Origin: Planktosalinus sp.
GTDB lineage: Bacteria; Bacteroidota; Bacteroidia; Flavobacteriales; Flavobacteriaceae
DNA: 64,000 bases
Direction of reading: 5' to 3'
NCBI GenBank assembly: GCA_036735625.1
Contig: DAINOA010000001.1
Coordinates: 19,517 to 83,516 of the forward strand
A program made the translations under genes and the position numbers. Under the pieces are notes generated by a model. It ran no database searches and had not been told where the DNA came from. It worked only from the letters and a program-made list of their open reading frames with translations. Below are positions 57,965 through 64,000 of this stretch, in pieces. Position 1 is the stretch's first letter. Each line of letters begins with the position of its first letter.

Positions 57965-58113
57965 AAGTGAGCGGTTTATAGCTTCAAATATAGAGAACGT
58001 TTTTTTAAACCCCTTTCGTGTGTCCCTTAGATTGTTAAAAATCACACAAATCCTAATAATAGATTCCAAGAAGTGATTGGCTTTTCTTAATTTGCAGACT
58101 TTAAAATCTCGTC

Positions 58114-58977
58114 ATGAAAATTTATCCCATTGAAGCCGGTAATTTTAAACTCGATGGCGGTGCCATGTTTGGTGTTGTTCCTAAATCTCTTTGGAATAGA
58201 ACCAATCCTGCAGACAACAACAATATGATTGATATTGCCGCGCGTTGCTTGTTAATTGAAGACGGCAACAAACTCATTCTTATTGACAACGGAATGGGCG
58301 ACAAGCAAAGCGATAAATTTTTTGGCTATTACTACCTCTGGGGCGAACACACTTTGGATAACTCGCTTAAAAATGCCGGTTTTCACCGAGATGATATTAC
58401 TGATGTATTTCTCACCCACCTTCATTTTGACCATTGTGGCGGTAGCATACAATGGAACAAAGACCGAACCGGCTATGAGCCGGCGTTCAAAAACGCCACA
58501 TTCTGGACCAATGAGAATCACTGGAAATGGGCAACAATGCCAAATGCGCGTGAAAAGGCTTCATTCTTAAAAGAGAACCTGCTTCCCATGCAGGAAAGCG
58601 GGCAACTTAATTTTATTCAAAGAGAAGGCACACCTTTTCAATCAACTTGTGAGCTTAATTTTGGAATCTTTTTTGCAGATGGTCATACCGAAAAGCAAAT
58701 GATCCCCATGATAAAATTCAAAGATAAAACCCTTTGTTTTATGGCCGATTTGTTGCCCACCGCCGGACATGTCCCCTTGGCGTTTGTAATGGGTTATGAC
58801 ACCAGGCCTCTATTAACTCTGGATGAAAAAGCACACTTTTTAAATCGCGCAGCCGATGAAAACTTTTACCTGTTCCTTGAACACGATGCCCGCCAAGAAA
58901 TTATTACCGTTCAACACACCGAAAATGGTGTGCGGCTGAAAGAAAAATTTACGTTTAACGAACTTTTTAACTCTTAA
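58114..58977 (+). CDS. MBL fold metallo-hydrolase (YtnP-like)
   Basis: LDGGAMFGVVPK, THLHFDHCGG (HxHxDH), GHT, ADL.P, EHD. Confidence 0.9.
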   Translation: MKIYPIEAGNFKLDGGAMFGVVPKSLWNRTNPADNNNMIDIAARCLLIEDGNKLILIDNGMGDKQSDKFFGYYYLWGEHTLDNSLKNAGFHRDDITDVFLTHLHFDHCGGSIQWNKDRTGYEPAFKNATFWTNENHWKWATMPNAREKASFLKENLLPMQESGQLNFIQREGTPFQSTCELNFGIFFADGHTEKQMIPMIKFKDKTLCFMADLLPTAGHVPLAFVMGYDTRPLLTLDEKAHFLNRAADENFYLFLEHDARQEIITVQHTENGVRLKEKFTFNELFNS

Positions 58978-58979
58978 TT

Positions 58980-60659
58980 ATGCAAATCATTAAATCAATT
59001 GCCTTTGCTATTTTGGCTCTCACTTTAGCTGCTTGTGGAGGCTCTGTTGCCCTTGTTTCTACCCCTATTGAAAATATTGACAGCGTGCCCCTCAAGGCAC
59101 AAGAGTTATCAAAAGAAGAGCTTAAAAACTGGTGGCATTTAGACCTTGTTAAAGATACTGTACCCGGAATGAGTGTTCAAAGAACCTATGACGAAATCAT
59201 CAAAAACCGAAAAGGACAAACCGTCATCGTGGGTGTAATTGACAGCGGTATTGACATAGAACATGAAGATTTGAGAAATGTCCTCTGGACCAATCCCGGT
59301 GAAATTCCAGGCAACGGAATTGACGACGATGAGAATGGTTACATTGACGACATTCATGGCTGGAATTTTCTGGGCGACATCGTGGGCGAACAAATGGAAT
59401 ATGTGAGAATCATGCTTAGGCTTGCGCCAAAATTTGAAGACAAACCTGAAAGCGCTATCAGCACTGCAGACAGAGCAGAATTCGCATTATTTAAAAAAGC
59501 GAAAGCCGAATATTTAAAAGAAAAACAAGACGCTTTAAATACCAAAGTGCAATATGAATCAATGATAGAAGTCATTAAGCCCGCTCACGAAAAAGTAGCT
59601 CAAAAGCTTGGTAAAGCAGACTACTCTCGAGAGGATTTAAAAATATTACAAGAAGACCCTTCATTTGGCAGGGAAGTATTTATGCTGGATCAAATGTTTG
59701 AATTTGATGACAACATTCCAAATATCCTGAAAGAAATCAATGAGGGTATTAACTATTTTTCAAGTAGATTGGATTACCATTTTAATGTAAATCAGGATTT
59801 TAGAGCCACTTTGGGCGACGACCCCTATGACATTACTGACGTGCCTATTGGAAACAATCAGGTAAGCGGTCCTGATCCAAAAAAAGAAGATGCCAAACAC
59901 GGCACCCACGTTGCCGGAATTATTGCAGCCCAAAGAAATAATGGAATTGGTTTGAACGGTGTTGCTCAAAATGTACAAATCATGGCATTGAGAGCTGTGC
60001 CGGATGGCGATGAATATGACAAAGATATCGCGCTAGCCATTCGATATGCGGTTGATAATGGCGCCAAGGTAATCAACACCAGTTTCGGAAAATTTTATTC
60101 TCCAAACCCTGAGTGGGTATATGACGCCATTAAATATGCTGCACAAAACGATGTACTCATCGTGAATGCTGCCGGGAATGATGGCTTTGATTTAGATGAC
60201 GATACCATTCAAGTCTATCCCAACGATCAGACCACAAATTTTGATGAATTTTCTAATGCATTTTTAACCGTAGGGGCGTTGGCTCCTGACTATGGCTCAG
60301 AAATGGTAGCTTCATTTTCAAATTATGGAAAACATCAAGTGGATGTGTTTGCACCGGGAGTTGAAATTTGGTCATCTACACCAAACAACGAGTATGAATT
60401 CCAGATGGGTACCTCAATGGCTGCTCCGGCAGTTGCAGGAGTTGCTGCTATGCTACGCTCTTACTATCCTCAATTAACTGCCACACAAGTAAAACAAATC
60501 ATTATGGATAGTGGTTTACCTTCCTCCCAAACTGTAATTTTAGGCGGCGAGCCCGACAATAAAAAACCATTCTCAGAAATCTCAAAATCCGGGAAGATGG
60601 TGAATATGTATAATGCGTTTATTATGGCTGAAATGCTCACAAACCAACAAACTCAATAA
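58980..60659 (+). CDS. S8 (subtilisin-like) serine peptidase, lipoprotein
   Basis: Lipobox LAAC; VIDSG, HGTHVAG, AAGN, GTSMAAP triad motifs. Confidence 0.94.
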   Translation: MQIIKSIAFAILALTLAACGGSVALVSTPIENIDSVPLKAQELSKEELKNWWHLDLVKDTVPGMSVQRTYDEIIKNRKGQTVIVGVIDSGIDIEHEDLRNVLWTNPGEIPGNGIDDDENGYIDDIHGWNFLGDIVGEQMEYVRIMLRLAPKFEDKPESAISTADRAEFALFKKAKAEYLKEKQDALNTKVQYESMIEVIKPAHEKVAQKLGKADYSREDLKILQEDPSFGREVFMLDQMFEFDDNIPNILKEINEGINYFSSRLDYHFNVNQDFRATLGDDPYDITDVPIGNNQVSGPDPKKEDAKHGTHVAGIIAAQRNNGIGLNGVAQNVQIMALRAVPDGDEYDKDIALAIRYAVDNGAKVINTSFGKFYSPNPEWVYDAIKYAAQNDVLIVNAAGNDGFDLDDDTIQVYPNDQTTNFDEFSNAFLTVGALAPDYGSEMVASFSNYGKHQVDVFAPGVEIWSSTPNNEYEFQMGTSMAAPAVAGVAAMLRSYYPQLTATQVKQIIMDSGLPSSQTVILGGEPDNKKPFSEISKSGKMVNMYNAFIMAEMLTNQQTQ

Positions 60660-62554
60660 TGATGAAAATCTTTTCAAAATTTATTTTTACTGTTCTATTT
60701 ATTTCAAATGGATTCTCCCAACACTACCACAACCACTTAGATCAAGTTGACCGTCCCCATTACTGGCAACAACATGTTGATTATAAAATGGAAATCGATG
60801 TTGATGTGGACAACTACCAATACAAAGGCAAACAAGAATTGGTCTATACAAACAATTCGCCGGACACGCTTTATCGTGTTTTCTATCATTTGCACTTAAA
60901 TGCATTTCAGCCCGGCAGTGAGATGGATGTGCGCTCACGCACTATCGCAGACCCCGACAGGCGTGTGGGTGACCGCATTTCAAAACTACAACCCAATGAA
61001 ATTGGTTATATAAAAGTGAAAAGCCTACTCCAAAATGGTACTCCCGTTCAAAACAAAACAGTGGGAACCATCCTCGAAGTGGATTTGAACACACCCATCC
61101 TTCCGGGAGAAAAAGCCACTTTTTCAATGGATTTTGATGCACAGGTTCCCTTACAAATTCGCCGCAGCGGAAGAAACAGCTCAGAAGGTGTTGCTCTCTC
61201 TATGACACAATGGTACCCAAAACTTGCTGAATATGACTTTGAAGGCTGGCATGCCGACCCCTACATTGGCCGAGAATTTCACGGGGTTTGGGGAAATTTT
61301 GACGTGAAAATCACCATCGACAGTAAATACACCCTTGGCGGAACCGGTTATTTACAAAATCCTAACGAAATTGGCCATGGCTATCAGGATGACCCTACAA
61401 AGCAAGTCATGCACAAAAAAGGCAGCAAGCTCACCTGGCATTTCATTGCGCCCGATGTACACGACTTTACCTGGGCGGCTGATGACAATTACATTCACGA
61501 TCGCATTGAAGGCCCAAACGGTATCAGTTTGCATTTTTTATACAAAAACAACCCCGACATCATTGAGAACTGGAAAAACTTGCAACCCAAAACGGTTGCC
61601 ACATTTGAGTATTTAAACAAGCACATTGGTGATTATCCTTACCTGCAATATTCAGTCATTCAGGGTGGTGACGGCGGCATGGAATATGGTATGTGTACCC
61701 TCATCACCGGCGAAAGGAACTTTAACAGCCTGGTGGGGGTAACGGTTCACGAGGTAGTACATAGCTGGTTTCAGTTTGTGCTCGCTTTTAATGAGTCCAA
61801 ACACGAGTGGATGGATGAAGGATTTACGGTTTACAAAAGTGAATATATAATGGATGAAATTATGGATCAGGACAGAGCTTTCCCCCACGATCGTTCTTAC
61901 AGTAGCTACTTAAGCCTGGCTCAAAGTGGCGAAGAACAACCACAATCCACCCATGCAGACCGTTTTGACAAAAACTGGATTTATGGCGCTTCCTCTTATT
62001 CAAAAGGAGCTGTTTTTCTTGCCCAGCTCGAGTATGTTATTGGAAAAGAAAATGTAGCTAAAACGCTTAAACGATTTTACAGCGATTTTAAATTTACACA
62101 CCCCACACCTACTGACTTCATTCGCACAGCCGAAAAAGTTTCCGGGTTTCAATTGGGTTGGTATTTAACTGATTGGACGCAAACAACTAATACCATCGAT
62201 TATGCAATTGAAAATGTGGAGGAAAAAGAAGGGAAAACTCTTATAACGCTTGCGCGAAAGGGCTTAATGCCCATGCCTATCGATTTGTATGTGGTTTATA
62301 AAGACAACACAAACGAGTCGTTTTATATCCCCCTTAGGATGATGAGAGGAATTAAAGAAAACCCGTTTCCAAACCTAAAACGTACTGTTCTGGAAGATTG
62401 GCCCTGGGCTATTCCAACCTATTCTTTTGAAATTGATGCCCCTAAGGAAAACATTGCCGCCATGATCATCGACGCCACAAGACATATGGCTGATGTGAAT
62501 TATGAGGATAATTTATATGAAGCCTCTCCTAGCACCACTGAAGGCGGGGAGTAA
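60659..62554 (+). CDS. M1 family metallopeptidase
   Basis: Signal peptide; GGMEY, HEVVHSWF...WMDEG (HExxH-18-E), Y.KG. Confidence 0.92.
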   Translation: MMKIFSKFIFTVLFISNGFSQHYHNHLDQVDRPHYWQQHVDYKMEIDVDVDNYQYKGKQELVYTNNSPDTLYRVFYHLHLNAFQPGSEMDVRSRTIADPDRRVGDRISKLQPNEIGYIKVKSLLQNGTPVQNKTVGTILEVDLNTPILPGEKATFSMDFDAQVPLQIRRSGRNSSEGVALSMTQWYPKLAEYDFEGWHADPYIGREFHGVWGNFDVKITIDSKYTLGGTGYLQNPNEIGHGYQDDPTKQVMHKKGSKLTWHFIAPDVHDFTWAADDNYIHDRIEGPNGISLHFLYKNNPDIIENWKNLQPKTVATFEYLNKHIGDYPYLQYSVIQGGDGGMEYGMCTLITGERNFNSLVGVTVHEVVHSWFQFVLAFNESKHEWMDEGFTVYKSEYIMDEIMDQDRAFPHDRSYSSYLSLAQSGEEQPQSTHADRFDKNWIYGASSYSKGAVFLAQLEYVIGKENVAKTLKRFYSDFKFTHPTPTDFIRTAEKVSGFQLGWYLTDWTQTTNTIDYAIENVEEKEGKTLITLARKGLMPMPIDLYVVYKDNTNESFYIPLRMMRGIKENPFPNLKRTVLEDWPWAIPTYSFEIDAPKENIAAMIIDATRHMADVNYEDNLYEASPSTTEGGE

Positions 62555-62664
62555 TGAATCCTCCGTTTCTGAAAGCTGTCGGGATCAAAATAAATAATAT
62601 AAAATTGTAATTCCCCTCCTTTGGAGAGCCTGTCCTAAACATGTTTTCGGGTGGTTAGGGGAGG
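62522..62664. repeat. Inverted doublet of the C-rich REP-like element; first copy inside the CDS end, second copy interrupted
   Basis: GCCTCTCCTAGCACCACTGAAGGCGGGGAG (62522-62551) and TTCCCCTCCTTTGGAG[about 26 nt]GGTTAGGGGAGG (62611-62664). Confidence 0.62.
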
Positions 62665-62684
62665 ATTTTCACTACCTTTACCAA

Positions 62685-63059
62685 ATGAAATTCAGCTACT
62701 CAAAAGCAGAAAAGCTCAAAAGCAGAAAAACCATCGAGTCCCTTTTTATTGAAGGGAAATCGGTGGGGGTTTTTCCTTTGCGGTTGTTTTATATTGAAAT
62801 ACCTGAATCTGAAAAGGCTATTACCAAAACCGCCGTTTCTGTTTCTAAAAAGAACTTCAATCTCGCTGTGCATCGCAACCAAATAAAAAGACTCCTCAGA
62901 GAAGCGTTCCGGTTGAATAAACACCTTATTTTAGATAACTCCTCAAAAAAATATGCGCTGTTATTTTTGTATGTGGGAAAGGAAATTCCCCATTTTCAAC
63001 AACTGGATGCGAGTATAAAAAAATTGATGACTAAATTTTTGGAACAAACTAAAAATTAG
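62685..63059 (+). CDS. rnpA: Ribonuclease P protein component
   Basis: K.EKLKS...I..LF..G, SVSKK....AV.RN.IKR..REA.R. Confidence 0.93.
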   Translation: MKFSYSKAEKLKSRKTIESLFIEGKSVGVFPLRLFYIEIPESEKAITKTAVSVSKKNFNLAVHRNQIKRLLREAFRLNKHLILDNSSKKYALLFLYVGKEIPHFQQLDASIKKLMTKFLEQTKN

Positions 63060-63109
63060 ATTGGTACGTTAATTGTGTTTAAGCTTTTACTAATCAAGTC
63101 GTTTCAATT

Positions 63110-63928
63110 ATGAAAACCATCTCCCTCTTTTTATTCAGTATGATTCTCGCGTGTTCAAACACAACAAGCGATTCTGGAAGCAGTACTTATGAAGAAAGCG
63201 AAATTTATAGTGACATCGCGCCGTCTTCTTCTATGGAAATTTCTGAAAAATCAGGTGCCCCACAAGTGTTGCAAGAACAAAAAATCATCAAAACCGGTAA
63301 TCTGCGGTTTCAAACCCGGGATCTTGAAAAAACCCACGTTAAAGTAAAGCAGCTTGTTTCCCGTTACAACGGAATATTGCAAAGTGACCGTTCTGGCAAG
63401 GGGTATAATGAAGAGTATCGCAATTTGACCATTCGCATTCCGTCGGAAAATTTTCAGATTTTGATTGACTCCATTTCGCAGGGAGTCGCTTATTTTGATC
63501 AAAATGACATCACACAACAAGACGTTTCAGAAGAATTTGTTGACCTTGAAGCACGCCTCAAGGCAAAGCGTGAACTGGAGAATCGTTATCTGGAACTATT
63601 GAAGCAAGCCAAAACCGTCAAAGATATGCTTGAGATTGAGCGCGAACTCTCCAACATAAGAGAAGAAATTGAAGCACGCCAAGGCCGCCTCAATTTCCTC
63701 CAAAATCAGGTTTCATACAGTACAATAGACCTTTATTTTTACAAAACCACTACAGATAAAGGAATCACAACATCTTATGGTCAAAAAATGTGGAACGCCA
63801 TAAAGTCTGGATGGAATGGTATTTCGTTATTTTTCTTAGGGCTTCTTCACATTTGGCCGTTTTTTGTTATCTTGTTGCTCGCTGTTTTAGGAGTGAGAAA
63901 ATATATAAAACACAAAAAGAATAAATAA
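63110..63928 (+). CDS. DUF4349 domain-containing lipoprotein
   Basis: Lipobox ILAC; KIIKTG.L, L.IRIP...F, DVS.E.VD..ARL coiled coil, V.YSTI, C-terminal TM. Confidence 0.87.
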   Translation: MKTISLFLFSMILACSNTTSDSGSSTYEESEIYSDIAPSSSMEISEKSGAPQVLQEQKIIKTGNLRFQTRDLEKTHVKVKQLVSRYNGILQSDRSGKGYNEEYRNLTIRIPSENFQILIDSISQGVAYFDQNDITQQDVSEEFVDLEARLKAKRELENRYLELLKQAKTVKDMLEIERELSNIREEIEARQGRLNFLQNQVSYSTIDLYFYKTTTDKGITTSYGQKMWNAIKSGWNGISLFFLGLLHIWPFFVILLLAVLGVRKYIKHKKNK

Positions 63929-63957
63929 GTCCTTCAAGGGTTAAAAACATAAAAAAC

Positions 63958-63972
63958 AAGCCTGACAGGTTT
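63958..63972. repeat. Single AAGCCT-N3-AGGTTT palindrome unit
   Basis: AAGCCTGACAGGTTT, with a degenerate CCTTCAAGGGTT unit at 63931-63942. Confidence 0.5.
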
Positions 63973-64000
63973 ATCAAAAAATTAGAATGAAAAAGAAAAT

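Noticed and set aside
1715..63520. Numerous 60-145 aa ORFs nested in or antisense to larger genes (e.g. 3112-3528, 7011-7448, 31149-31574)
   Set aside because: They are shadow frames of well-supported genes with no recognisable motifs.
1..64000. CRISPR array, prophage, IS element, integron or defence island
   Set aside because: I saw no regularly spaced repeats, cas, transposase, integrase or phage genes; gene content is core metabolism and envelope.
63987..64000. Possible start of the next gene (ATG AAA AAG AAA)
   Set aside because: Only 14 nt are in the window, too little to support a call.

Overview
Gene-dense chromosomal segment of a Flavobacteriaceae-like bacterium (Bacteroidota). The assignment rests on TAnnTTTG promoter elements, T9SS C-terminal domains, a PID-CTERM protein and the rpmF-fabH-accB-accC order. 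It holds about 65 protein genes, mostly housekeeping (gmk, recJ, tdk, alr, asd, prs, rplY, pth, ribF, serS, rsmA, mgtE, fbp, accBC, fabH, pdxA, rbfA, dusB, lepA, rnpA), and three tRNAs (Ala-GGC, Leu-CAA, CAT/probable Ile2). I found no rRNA, CRISPR array, transposase, integrase or prophage. Four signals stand out. (1) Several families of short REP-like palindromes occur, and three copies lie in-frame inside proteins: the linker of a 2-hydroxyacid dehydrogenase-VOC fusion, the N-terminus of a GNAT and the C-terminal tail of an M1 peptidase. (2) A di-heme c lipoprotein with an Ig-like stalk is followed by two tandem-duplicated, T9SS-type FG-GAP/ASPIC proteins. (3) The rplY leader can fold in two competing ways. 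(4) There is a minimal PID-CTERM protein. All calls come from reading motifs by eye; no database search was run. Start sites were moved to the most plausible ATG where noted.
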